The notes beneath the pieces were generated by a model that saw nothing but the letters and a program-made list of their open reading frames with translations, was not told the origin of the DNA and searched no databases. The translations under genes were made by a program, and so were the position numbers. From positions 1 to 35,583 of the forward strand of contig URWU01000001.1 of NCBI GenBank assembly GCA_900551585.1: DNA of 35,583 bases. The letters are read 5' to 3'. The stretch's first letter is position 1; the number at the start of each line of letters is the position of its first letter. Shown one piece after another: positions 18,310-27,194 of the stretch. Source of the DNA: an uncultured Alphaproteobacteria bacterium. GTDB taxonomy: Bacteria; Pseudomonadota; Alphaproteobacteria; RF32; CAG-239.

Positions 18310-19527
18310 CTAAGTCTTCAGATTAACAAGCAGCTGCAGCATTTCATTCGTAGCCGTAAAGGAGCTGGAGTTTAATCCATAAGCCCGCTGGACAACCACC
18401 ATTTTGGTGAACTCGGTTTCGACATTGGCGGTTGAACGCTCTAAGGCCTGGCTCTTGATAAAATCTTTATTTGAATCGAGATAATAAGAATCGCCGGTCA
18501 GACCGTTTGCCTCAAACAAAGTACCGGAAACCGAAGTCAGATTATCAGGAGCCGAAAAACCGGTCAAAGCCAGTTTGGCAATATTTACCGTCTGACCGTT
18601 GCTGTAAGAAGCATAGACAATTCCTTCTTCACCGATGGCGCTGAATTTGAAATCGCCGCTTTCTTTACCGTCTTGTTTGACATCGGTAATACCGCTGCTG
18701 CCGTCATACTGGGTCATATTCTCAATATTCATGGCAATTGTATTGCTGCTGCCGTCATCCCAGGCAACATCTACCGTAAAGTCTTTCGGTGACAACAGTT
18801 TGCCGTCCTGCGAGAAAACAGCCTCTATCGGCTCGGCCGTTGTAACGGTTCCGCCATTGACATCAAAAGTGACGTTCCAGGTATTAACCTTGCCCTCAAC
18901 TTTGGTAAAGAGCATATTCATTGTTTCACCGTTATTATTGGGGCCGTAAATCGTAATTCCGTAACTGCTGGTATCTGCCCCCGAAGCCGGAACGTTTGCC
19001 GTAATCGAGGCTTTGGTTGTCGGGGTTGACGGAATTTTTTCCGGATAATTAATCACAATATCCGACGGAGAACCGCCAAAGCCGCCGCCTTCCAAAGCAG
19101 GAAAACCCTGCACGCGCAAACCGTTATTATTGACCAGATACAAACTGCCGTTGGTTGACATTGTTTTAAAATCGCCGGCGCGGGTGTAATAAACATCGCC
19201 GGAATAGCGGTCTTTCAAAGTGAAAAAAGCGTTGCCGGTACCGTTAATAGCAACGTCATAATTATTATTCGACGCCGTTACCTGACCCTGATGCGTTACA
19301 TTGGTGCGGTCATAATAACCAACGCCGTGGATATCTACCCGCGAAGAAGATATGCCGTCCTGACTGCCTTTAACGACAGGATTGGCTCCCAACAAGGTAT
19401 AAAACATCGTCTCACTGCTTTTATAGCCGACAGTGTTGATGTTGGCAATGTTTGTACCAACGGTTTCCAATGCGTGCGATTGAGCAGTCATACCGGTTGT
19501 CGAAGGCATGAACATACTTAAAGCCAT
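18310..19527 (-). CDS. flgE: flagellar hook protein FlgE
   Basis: N-terminal rod/hook motif (TGMTAQSHALETVGTNIANINTVGYKSSE), C-terminal motif (ALERSTANVETEFTKMVVVQRAYGLNSSSFTATNEMLQLLVNL), and ~405 aa, a hook-protein size. ATG at 19527 has GGGAG upstream. The track start 19623 is an over-extension. Confidence 0.82.
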   Translation of the reverse strand: MALSMFMPSTTGMTAQSHALETVGTNIANINTVGYKSSETMFYTLLGANPVVKGSQDGISSSRVDIHGVGYYDRTNVTHQGQVTASNNNYDVAINGTGNAFFTLKDRYSGDVYYTRAGDFKTMSTNGSLYLVNNNGLRVQGFPALEGGGFGGSPSDIVINYPEKIPSTPTTKASITANVPASGADTSSYGITIYGPNNNGETMNMLFTKVEGKVNTWNVTFDVNGGTVTTAEPIEAVFSQDGKLLSPKDFTVDVAWDDGSSNTIAMNIENMTQYDGSSGITDVKQDGKESGDFKFSAIGEEGIVYASYSNGQTVNIAKLALTGFSAPDNLTSVSGTLFEANGLTGDSYYLDSNKDFIKSQALERSTANVETEFTKMVVVQRAYGLNSSSFTATNEMLQLLVNLKT

Positions 19528-19565
19528 GATAAAAATCTCCCTAAAATTTATCTTATGAGAATATA

Positions 19566-19581
19566 TGCAAAAATTGTGCCA
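19566..19581 (-). promoter_or_regulatory. sigma54 (RpoN) -24/-12 promoter upstream of flgE
   Basis: The minus strand reads TGGCACAATTTTTGCA, that is TGGCAC-N5-TTGCA, an exact match to the -24 GG / -12 GC consensus spacing. It ends about 39 nt upstream of the flgE ATG. Confidence 0.65.
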
Positions 19582-19795
19582 AAAGCTATTTCTTGTTTTG
19601 GTTGTTTTAATTAAATACCACACCGTTAATTTCAGGCGTTAACATTTATTTTTAAAAATCACTCAAAAATCGGCCATTTTGATAAAAAAACGGGGTATAT
19701 TTAAGCAAAATTGATAATTTTTGTTGTATTTTGCTGAAATAAGAGATATGAATCAGTCTGATTTTATTTATTTAACATTTAGTGAGAAAATTAAT

Positions 19796-20281
19796 ATGGC
19801 AAATCCATTGGATACTAAAGTTATCAGCAAACTGGCTGAGATTCTTGATAAAAGTAATTTAACCGAGCTTGAATATGAAGATGAAACCTGCAGAATCTGC
19901 CTGACTCGTGAAGTGACTATGGCTGCTCCGGCTTATGCACCGATGCCTGCTCCGATGCCGATGCCCGCAGCACCGGCTTCTCTGCCAGCTCCTGCCGCTG
20001 CTCCTGTTGCCGCTGCGCCGATGAGTGATGAAGATTATGCCAAAAATCCCGGCGCCGTTAAATCTCCGATGGTCGGCGTTGTTTATATGTCTGCCGATCC
20101 GAATTCTCCGGATTATGTCAAAGTCGGCGACACCGTTTCCGAAGGCGACACCGTCTGCCTGATTGAAGCCATGAAAACCTTTAATCCGGTTAAGGCTCAC
20201 AAAGGCGGCAAAGTTACCAATATTCTGGTTGCAACCGGCGATCCCGTTGAATATGGCGAACCTCTGGTAATTATTGAATAA
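19796..20281 (+). CDS. accB: acetyl-CoA carboxylase biotin carboxyl carrier protein
   Basis: Pro/Ala-rich linker followed by a biotinyl domain with the EAMKTFN biotinylation motif. Immediately upstream of accC. ATG at 19796 (MANPLD...). The track start 19721 is an over-extension. Confidence 0.92.
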   Translation: MANPLDTKVISKLAEILDKSNLTELEYEDETCRICLTREVTMAAPAYAPMPAPMPMPAAPASLPAPAAAPVAAAPMSDEDYAKNPGAVKSPMVGVVYMSADPNSPDYVKVGDTVSEGDTVCLIEAMKTFNPVKAHKGGKVTNILVATGDPVEYGEPLVIIE

Positions 20282-20308
20282 TTTGTCCCAACTCTTTAGG
20301 ATTTTAAT

Positions 20309-21658
20309 ATGTTTGAAAAAGTATTAATTGCCAACCGCGGTGAAGTTGCCTTAAGAATTCATCGTGCCTGCCGCGAGATGGGTATCCGTACCGTGGCCGT
20401 GCATTCTGAGGCTGACGCCGATGCCATGCATGTTCGTTTGGCTGATGAAGCCGTTTGTATCGGACCGGCTCGTTCGACCGACTCTTATTTAAATAAGTCG
20501 GCGATTATTTCGGCAGCCCACATTACCGGTGCAGATGCTATTCACCCGGGTTACGGCTTTTTATCCGAAAGCGCCGATTTTGCCGAAATGGTTGAAGAAC
20601 ACGGCATTACGTTTATCGGCCCCCGCGCTGAAACAATGCGCATGATGGGTGACAAAATCACCGCCCGAGAGGCTTCCATCAAAGCCGGCCTGCCGGTTGT
20701 TCCGGGTTCTCCGGCTCTGGAAAGTGTTGAGCAAGCCATCGAATGGGCTCACAAAATCGGTTATCCGGTTATTGTCAAGGCCAAAGACGGCGGCGGCGGA
20801 AAAGGTATGAAAACCGCATTTAACGATGCCGAAATGAAAGAAGCTTATACAATGGCGAAAGCCGAAGCGAAAGCCGCTTTCACCAGCGATATCGTTTATA
20901 TGGAAAAATATTTGCAGAAACCGCGCCATATTGAAATGCAGGTTTTGGCCGACAACTATGGCCATGTTGTGCATTTGGGCGAGCGTGACTGTTCTATCCA
21001 GCGTAATCACCAAAAAGTGATTGAAGAGACTCCGTCTCCGGGATTGAATCAGGCTCAGCGCGCCGAGATTGGCGAGATTGCCCGCAAGGCTGCCGAAACT
21101 CTCGGCTACAGCAACGCCGGCACCATGGAATTTTTGTTTGAAGACGGCAAATTCTATTTTCTGGAAATGAACACCCGTGTTCAGGTTGAACACCCGATTA
21201 CCGAAGCTATCAGCGGTATTGATATTGTCAAAGAGCAAATCCGCGTTGCCAGCGGTGCCGTTCTCGGCTACACTCAGGACGATATCCAGTTCAGCGGCCA
21301 TGCCATTGAATGCCGTATTAATGCCGAAGATCCGGAGACTTTTGTTCCCTGCCCCGGCAAGATTACCGAATGGCATGCTCCCGGCGGTCTCGGCGTCCGC
21401 GTGGATTCCGAAATCTATTCCGGTTACAGCATTCCGCCGTATTATGACAGCATGATTGCCAAATTGATTGTTCACGGCAAAACCCGCAATGCTGCATTAA
21501 TGCGCCTGCGTCGTGCTTTGGAAGAATTTGTTATTGAAGGTGTTAAAACCACTATTCCGCTGCATCAGGAAATTATTTCCCAGGCAGAATATATTGACGG
21601 TCAGTTTAATATTCACTGGCTGGAAAAATTCATGGCTGCCAAAAAATCAGCGAAATAA
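20309..21658 (+). CDS. accC: acetyl-CoA carboxylase biotin carboxylase subunit
   Basis: MFEKVLIANRGEVALRIHRACREMGI..., with the ATP-grasp glycine loop KAKDGGGGKGMK, and EMNTRVQVEHPITE. 449 aa, canonical for AccC. Confidence 0.97.
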   Translation: MFEKVLIANRGEVALRIHRACREMGIRTVAVHSEADADAMHVRLADEAVCIGPARSTDSYLNKSAIISAAHITGADAIHPGYGFLSESADFAEMVEEHGITFIGPRAETMRMMGDKITAREASIKAGLPVVPGSPALESVEQAIEWAHKIGYPVIVKAKDGGGGKGMKTAFNDAEMKEAYTMAKAEAKAAFTSDIVYMEKYLQKPRHIEMQVLADNYGHVVHLGERDCSIQRNHQKVIEETPSPGLNQAQRAEIGEIARKAAETLGYSNAGTMEFLFEDGKFYFLEMNTRVQVEHPITEAISGIDIVKEQIRVASGAVLGYTQDDIQFSGHAIECRINAEDPETFVPCPGKITEWHAPGGLGVRVDSEIYSGYSIPPYYDSMIAKLIVHGKTRNAALMRLRRALEEFVIEGVKTTIPLHQEIISQAEYIDGQFNIHWLEKFMAAKKSAK

Positions 21659-21675
21659 ATTCTTTTTCTATGATA

Positions 21676-21713
21676 AAATCGCGTTCCTTGATAAAAGTAA
21701 CGCGATTTTTTTA
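21676..21713 (+). terminator. rho-independent terminator after accC
   Basis: Perfect 10-bp stem AAATCGCGTT / AACGCGATTT followed by a T-run. Confidence 0.75.
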
Positions 21714-22127
21714 TTGTTCTTCGGCACTCTGGAATGATAATTGATATTTTCTACAAAAACCCCTTGTTTTTGTCCAAAAATTGTGATATAAAGAAAGAAC
21801 TTAATTGAATTATTTACACTTATCATTATCCCCTGATGATTTTCTTTTTCTGTTTTTTGCAGATAAGATAAGTGTCTAAATACAAACCCCATCTAAATCT
21901 AAGCTTCTGCATTTTATAAAGTCCATAACTTTTTAATATACTGATTTTTGTATTTTGATAATTCGATTAGCCTCCTGAATATTTGTCCAGTTATCTTGCG
22001 ATAACCGATACAGATATATCAATTCCGGGCTTGGGAATATAAACAAATCAATTACAAAAATCACCCGTTATTTTCAGCAAAGCAAACAAGCCTTGCGGCG
22101 CCGGAAATAACACAATAATTAAAAATT

Positions 22128-22844
22128 ATGAAGACTACAAATTTTTCAGAAGAAGTGAGAGAATTAGTTGCAGGTTCAATGGTTATTGCCAACCGAATCA
22201 CAGTCGTTAACGTTGCAAGCTCTACCGAACTACGTGCCGTTGCTGCTTACATCCAAAAAGAATACCGGGAAAATATTCTCATTATTCAGGATAAGCAATA
22301 TGCCGCATTTTATTCCGGAGAGATTGAGGCAAATAATTTTTCCCATATCATCCTTGATGATGAAGATTGGGCAATGCCGACAGACTGCGGTTTTTGGGAA
22401 ATCCGTTTCAGACTCAAAAAGCCTTACCAAGAGTTTCTTGATCTTATCAAAGATAAACTTTTGTCTCAGGCCTTGATTTTAAGCGCTGTTCCGGATTTTA
22501 GGACTCTTGATGATGATATCAGCCTGCTTAACAGCGGTTTTGCCAATGACATCAGAGAGGGTTTTAATTTAGGTATGAAAGAAGCTCAGGAAGTCTTATA
22601 CAAACTTTTCTGCTTCTCCAGCATTCTTCAAAATTCTTTGCGAAAAGCCCAATATAATCCTAAAAATTTTAGGGATAAAATGGCTCTAACTTTGCTAAAA
22701 AAAGAGATTGAAGAATTTATCCAAAGCAAAAACTATCTGCTCTGTGTCGAAATGACAAATGCAGGCGTTAGCCGTGTTGTTTCCAGACATTGTCAGAATT
22801 ATGTTCAAAAGCTTTTAACCGCTTTGGAAGAAATTGTAAAATAA
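22128..22844 (+). CDS. hypothetical protein, 238 aa
   Basis: Clean ORF in an AT-rich block, followed by an AAGAGCTC/GAGCTCTT hairpin. No signal peptide and no motif I recognise. Confidence 0.6.
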   Translation: MKTTNFSEEVRELVAGSMVIANRITVVNVASSTELRAVAAYIQKEYRENILIIQDKQYAAFYSGEIEANNFSHIILDDEDWAMPTDCGFWEIRFRLKKPYQEFLDLIKDKLLSQALILSAVPDFRTLDDDISLLNSGFANDIREGFNLGMKEAQEVLYKLFCFSSILQNSLRKAQYNPKNFRDKMALTLLKKEIEEFIQSKNYLLCVEMTNAGVSRVVSRHCQNYVQKLLTALEEIVK

Positions 22845-22899
22845 CTAAAAAAAGAGCTCTGCGGAGCTCTTAACTTTATTCACTTAATTTATATCAAAA

Positions 22900-23352
22900 A
22901 TGAAAAAGAAATTTTTAACACCCATTTTGGCAATCGTTGCCGGTATTCTTTTTTTCACCCTTTTCCAATGTTCCCTTTCCAGTGAAGAAGCTGAGGAGAA
23001 AGCACAAATTGAAAATGTTGAACGCCTGAGCAACTGTCCGACTTACTATGTTGACGGCGTCTCTGATCCATCTGATAAGGAAGAAGGTATCTTTTATGCT
23101 AATCTTTATCGCAAAAATGCGTCAGACGGAACTATCCCCGACAGCATACTTGTTAAGTTTTACGAACAACTGACACCGTCTATTCTCTATCTGAAAGCCG
23201 GTGACAGCATCAAAATAGATTTAGAAGTCGTAACTGATGAGTACCGTCTGGACGGAAGGTATCAGATTTTTAAAACTTATGAAGCATCATTATTTATTTT
23301 TGTTGATCAAATTCCTATCCTGACGGAAAAATACAAACAAAATAACAACTAA
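22900..23352 (+). CDS. hypothetical exported/lipoprotein-like protein, 150 aa
   Basis: N-terminal MKKKFLTPILAIVAGILFFTLFQC looks like a signal peptide with a cysteine at the end of the h-region (an atypical lipobox). A terminator hairpin lies downstream. Confidence 0.6.
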   Translation: MKKKFLTPILAIVAGILFFTLFQCSLSSEEAEEKAQIENVERLSNCPTYYVDGVSDPSDKEEGIFYANLYRKNASDGTIPDSILVKFYEQLTPSILYLKAGDSIKIDLEVVTDEYRLDGRYQIFKTYEASLFIFVDQIPILTEKYKQNNN

Positions 23353-23390
23353 TGGCACCAATCTTTTAATTAACCGAAAAAACACACTAA

Positions 23391-23428
23391 ACAAGCCCTC
23401 TCTGCGAAGAAAGGGCTTGTTGCTTTTT
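23391..23428 (+). terminator. rho-independent terminator after the 150-aa gene
   Basis: ACAAGCCCT / AGGGCTTGT stem followed by TGCTTTTT. Confidence 0.6.
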
Positions 23429-23432
23429 AAAC

Positions 23433-23467
23433 AAAAAACCGCGCTGCAATCCTAAAACACAGCGCGG
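23433..23467 (-). terminator. rho-independent terminator after mlaC
   Basis: CCGCGCTG / CAGCGCGG stem. The A6 run on the plus strand is a T6 run after the hairpin on the minus strand. Confidence 0.55.
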
Positions 23468-23490
23468 TAATTATTCTTAATTCAGAACGG

Positions 23491-24114
23491 TTATTTGCCG
23501 GCCGGTTTTACCGGAGCTTTAACCTTTTTCTGCAAGTCGGCAATCAAAGCATTGATATTGCCGCCGTTGTTTTTGATAAAAGCGGTATATTCATTGCGAG
23601 CGGTAATTGCCAAGCTGACGTTTTCAATAATGATATCAACAATCTTGAAACTGCTGCCGGTTTGCTTAACGCGCCAGATAACTTTTGCCGGAGCGCCCTG
23701 ATTCATGGCAACGGTTGAGTTGATGAAAACCTGATTTTTGGAAGTGGACGGGGTAGAACCGACAAAAACAAAAGACTTGCCTTTGAATTCGTCAAAACGA
23801 GCCGACCAGGTTTTAATATTCAGTTCGCGATAAACTTTGATAAAGTCTTTGCGCTGTTCCGGTGTTGCAATTTTCCAATAGCGGCCGAGAACAAACTGGC
23901 CGATAAAATCCAAATCCAAAGCATCGTTGAACAATTTTTCAAAACGCTGATCTTTAACGGCCTGAGAAACCGGCGCATTGATGATTTCCTCAATACCTTC
24001 GCTGGTCACTTTGCGGACAAAAGCGTCTGCCTTGGCAACATCAACATCAGCCTTGGCTGCTGCCGAAAAGAGAAATACAGAGCCTAAAACAGCGGCAAAA
24101 ATACTTTTTTTCAT
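23491..24114 (-). CDS. mlaC: periplasmic phospholipid-binding protein MlaC (Ttg2D/toluene tolerance family)
   Basis: Signal peptide, then the family-typical DLDFIGQFVLGRYWKIATPEQRKDFIKVYRE region. Adjacent to mlaA. Confidence 0.85.
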   Translation of the reverse strand: MKKSIFAAVLGSVFLFSAAAKADVDVAKADAFVRKVTSEGIEEIINAPVSQAVKDQRFEKLFNDALDLDFIGQFVLGRYWKIATPEQRKDFIKVYRELNIKTWSARFDEFKGKSFVFVGSTPSTSKNQVFINSTVAMNQGAPAKVIWRVKQTGSSFKIVDIIIENVSLAITARNEYTAFIKNNGGNINALIADLQKKVKAPVKPAGK

Positions 24115-24132
24115 CTTTTATTTACTCCTTGG

Positions 24133-24936
24133 TTATTTTACCTGCTCTGCTTCCATTTCGTCAAAGGTCTCATCTTCGTCCTCAATTCCGAAATCAAAAT
24201 CATAAGCAGCATTTTTCTTGTCATCATTGTAGCAGTTCGGCATATCGCTCTTATTCTGCAGATAAGCGGATTTCATCGTTGTATAGAAATCAACCGAATT
24301 GCGCTCTAAATCATCGCCCATATCCATAAAGGCTTCTCTTTCAACAATCGTCTTAACACCGACATAAGCGCTGTAGGCATAAATTCCGTCTTCATAATCT
24401 TCGGTCAGCCAGTAAATCGGCGAGATGAAAGCATCAACCGTGGTACCGACAAAAGCACGCGGGGAAGACGGCCCCAAGAAAGGCAGAACAATGTACGGAC
24501 CGTCTTTAACGCACCATTTGGCCAGTGTCCGTTCAAAGGTATCTTTTTTTCTTTCCAAGCCCCAAGCGGTGGCAACATCAAAAGTACCGCCCAAGCCCAG
24601 GGTCGTGTTGATGACAAAACGTCCGACAGAAATACCTGATTGTTTAATCTCACCCTGCAAAAGCTGGTTAACGGCAGAAACAGGTTCATGAACATTTGTG
24701 ACGGCGCTTCTGACTCTGATACGGACATCTTCGGAAGTGACGGCGCGATATCCTTTAGCAACCGGCTTTAAAATATATTTATCAAGATTATAGTTAAAGG
24801 TAAACATGGCACGGTTAAAACTCTCCAAACCATCTTCCTGCTCATGCTGATCAGCCTGAGTTTGTGAAGAGGCACAGGAAGCAGTAAAAATCAAAGTCAA
24901 AGAAAGGAGAGAAAACCAAAGTGTTTTTTTAGTCAC
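24133..24936 (-). CDS. mlaA: outer-membrane lipoprotein MlaA (VacJ family)
   Basis: Lipobox FTASC, then FNRAMFTFNYNLDKYILKPVAKGYRAV...VTNVHEPVSAVNQLLQG, typical of VacJ/MlaA. GTG start at 24936 with AGGTG upstream. Confidence 0.85.
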   Translation of the reverse strand: MTKKTLWFSLLSLTLIFTASCASSQTQADQHEQEDGLESFNRAMFTFNYNLDKYILKPVAKGYRAVTSEDVRIRVRSAVTNVHEPVSAVNQLLQGEIKQSGISVGRFVINTTLGLGGTFDVATAWGLERKKDTFERTLAKWCVKDGPYIVLPFLGPSSPRAFVGTTVDAFISPIYWLTEDYEDGIYAYSAYVGVKTIVEREAFMDMGDDLERNSVDFYTTMKSAYLQNKSDMPNCYNDDKKNAAYDFDFGIEDEDETFDEMEAEQVK

Positions 24937-24991
24937 GTCACACCTACTGTATGTTAGAAATTTATTTTTAGTTAATATAACATCAAATAAA

Positions 24992-25019
24992 TTGAAATCA
25001 ATAACTTTATTACTATAAT
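24992..25019 (+). promoter_or_regulatory. sigma70-like promoter TTGAAA-N16-TATAAT
   Basis: TTGAAA at 24992-24997 and TATAAT at 25014-25019, 48 nt upstream of the metallophosphoesterase ATG. Confidence 0.5.
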
Positions 25020-25067
25020 ACTGGATAGTTTGGTATGTAATTTTTCCGCAGATTTTAAGGGGTTTTC

Positions 25068-25826
25068 ATGTATATTTTTCAAATTTCGGACCTGCATTTT
25101 CAGGCAGAAGACGAACGCAGCGCCAACAATCTCGATAAAGTTGTCAAAAGCATTGCCGCACAAGATGTTAAGCCGGATTTGCTGCTGATTACCGGTGATA
25201 TTACCCACGGGCAGAAATATGACAGCTATCCGCAGGTTTTTGAAAAAATAAAATCTCTCGGCGTTCCTTTCCTCTGCATTACCGGCAACAATGATTCTTC
25301 TTCCGGCCTCATGAAAGCGCTGCAGGAATTTGTTCCCGCACACCCGCATTCGGAAATGGCTGATTATCTGCAATATGGCGTTGATACTTATCCCTGCCGG
25401 ATAATTGCCCTCGACAGCTTTGCTCCCGGCAATCTTTCCGGCGCCCTGGACGACAAACGCCTTGCCTGGTTTGAAGAAAAGCTCAATAATAATCCCTCTC
25501 ACAAGCCGACCCTGGTAATGATTCACCAGTTTACGCTGCCCAACACGCTGCACCGCGGTTTTCTGCCTTGGTTTGCCGAATTTAACCATTTGATTTCCGA
25601 CCATCAGCAGGATATCCGGCTGGTCGTTTCCGGCCATCTGCATGCTTCTCTCGGCGGCCTGATATGCAAAACACGTTTTATCTCCGCACCCAGCACTAAC
25701 TGGAATTCGATTTTTGATTTTAATAATCACGGCAACCAAATCAGAGATAATTCCGCTCCTGTCGGTTATTTAATCCACCATTTTGACGGCAATGATTTTA
25801 TCAGCTATCACGTTGCTTTAGCCTGA
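25068..25826 (+). CDS. calcineurin-like metallophosphoesterase (CpdA/phosphodiesterase-like)
   Basis: Motifs ISDLH, ITGDITH, ITGNND, MIHQ and SGHLH in the canonical order for the DxH / GD / GNH(D/E) / H / GH metallophosphoesterase signature. SD AGGGG upstream. Confidence 0.85.
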   Translation: MYIFQISDLHFQAEDERSANNLDKVVKSIAAQDVKPDLLLITGDITHGQKYDSYPQVFEKIKSLGVPFLCITGNNDSSSGLMKALQEFVPAHPHSEMADYLQYGVDTYPCRIIALDSFAPGNLSGALDDKRLAWFEEKLNNNPSHKPTLVMIHQFTLPNTLHRGFLPWFAEFNHLISDHQQDIRLVVSGHLHASLGGLICKTRFISAPSTNWNSIFDFNNHGNQIRDNSAPVGYLIHHFDGNDFISYHVALA

Positions 25827-25938
25827 TTTTAGTTTCGCTGCGTTTTTGTTACATTGCTGAAACCTTTTGTGTTTTGCAATCTTTTTGGTTTTACCCTACT
25901 ATCAGCCTCAGTTAAAACAACAATTGAGGATGACCAAT

Positions 25939-27099
25939 ATGACTAACAAACCTTCAAAACCGATTATGCTTTTCGACTGCAAAACTTCTCAGAGCGTTAT
26001 CGGCCAGGAAAAATTTTTAGACTCTTTCAAAACTATTTTGAACCACGGCGGTTATGCCCAGGGTCCCGAAACTCGTGAACTCGATGAAAAACTGGCTAAC
26101 TTTGCCGGCGCAAAATATTGCTCTACCTGCGGTTCCGGAACTGATGCCCTGACTTTGGCCCTGATGGCCTGGGACGTTAAAGCCGGTGACGCCGTATTTG
26201 TTTCTTCTTTCACTTTCGTTGCTTCTGCCGAAGCTCCGGTTTTGCTGGGCGCAACCCCGATTTTCGTTGACTCTGATCCGAACACTTACAACATGGATCC
26301 GAAAGATTTGCAGCGTGCTATTGATGAAGTTAAGAAAGAAGGCAAATTAAACCTCAAAGCCGTTATTGCCGTTGATATTTTCGGTTCTCCCTGCGATTAT
26401 GACGCAATCAACAAAATCGCTCATGCAAACGGCATGAAAGTTTTGTCTGATGCCTGCCAGTCTTTTGGTTCTGTTTACAAAGGCACCAAAACCGGTAATG
26501 TTACCGAAATGACCGCCATTTCTTTCTACCCGACCAAACCTCTGGGCTGCTATGGTGACGGCGGTGCTGTTTTCAGCAACACCAATGAAGAAAACGAACT
26601 GGTTAAATCCTGCCGCGTTCACGGTATGAGCCCGGAAGACCACTATGATAACGTTCGTCTCGGCATGACCGGCAGAATGAACACTTTCCAAGCTGCCGTT
26701 CTGTTGTTGAAATTGTCTGTTTTTGAACAGGAACTCAAAGACCGTTACAGAGTTGCCAGCCGTTATGATAACGAACTGAGCAATTATTTCAACAAACAGC
26801 AGATTTTAGACAACTGCCAGTCTGCTTATGCTTTGTACACCATTAACTGTGAAGACCGCGATGAACTGATGGCTTACCTCAAAGAAAACGGTATTCCCTG
26901 CGGCGCTTATTACCCGCGTCCGGTTCATACTCAAACCGCTTATGCTCAGTGGAATAATCGTCCGCTGCCGGTTTGCGAGAAACTGTCAAAGACTGTTCTG
27001 TCTATCCCGATGACTCCGTATCTTGATAACGAAGCTTTGGATTACATCATTGAGACAATGAACAACTTTGCCGCAAAAAAAATGAATAAAGCTGCTTAA
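25939..27099 (+). CDS. DegT/DnrJ/EryC1/StrS-family PLP-dependent sugar aminotransferase
   Basis: GSGTDALTLAL, DACQSFGS, and a catalytic-lysine context SFYPTKPLGCYGDGGAV. I prefer the ATG at 25939 (GAGG 9 nt upstream). ATG 25930 and the track start 25867 are alternatives. Confidence 0.9.
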   Translation: MTNKPSKPIMLFDCKTSQSVIGQEKFLDSFKTILNHGGYAQGPETRELDEKLANFAGAKYCSTCGSGTDALTLALMAWDVKAGDAVFVSSFTFVASAEAPVLLGATPIFVDSDPNTYNMDPKDLQRAIDEVKKEGKLNLKAVIAVDIFGSPCDYDAINKIAHANGMKVLSDACQSFGSVYKGTKTGNVTEMTAISFYPTKPLGCYGDGGAVFSNTNEENELVKSCRVHGMSPEDHYDNVRLGMTGRMNTFQAAVLLLKLSVFEQELKDRYRVASRYDNELSNYFNKQQILDNCQSAYALYTINCEDRDELMAYLKENGIPCGAYYPRPVHTQTAYAQWNNRPLPVCEKLSKTVLSIPMTPYLDNEALDYIIETMNNFAAKKMNKAA

Positions 27100-27120
27100 G
27101 CACGAAAGTGTTTAATCCTT

Positions 27121-27164
27121 AAAAACAAAATACCCTTAGATTTTTCTAAGGGTATTTTTGTTTG
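27121..27164. terminator. strong bidirectional hairpin terminator between the convergent DegT and Sel1 genes
   Basis: Perfect 14-bp stem AAAATACCCTTAGA / TCTAAGGGTATTTT with a TTTT loop, flanked by an A-rich and a T-rich run. Confidence 0.7.
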
Positions 27165-27194
27165 TAAATACGAGAGTATTTTTAATCTCGGCAA

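Noticed and set aside
20561-21475. 304-aa ORF on the minus strand
   Set aside because: Antisense shadow ORF inside accC, whose identity is unambiguous. The same reasoning applies to the other in-gene antisense or out-of-frame ORFs in the track, for example 3015..3599, 28847..29419, 34516..34995, 34748..35257 and 7029..7370.
21668-21892. 74-aa ORF on the minus strand in the accC-downstream spacer
   Set aside because: It has no SD, overlaps the accC terminator hairpin, and lies in very AT-rich sequence where stop-free stretches of this size are expected by chance.
24972-25739. 255-aa ORF on the minus strand
   Set aside because: It lies entirely antisense to the metallophosphoesterase gene (25068..25826), which carries the full ordered DxH/GD/GNxD/H/GH motif set and has a promoter and SD. 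The antisense product has no motifs and looks like a shadow ORF.
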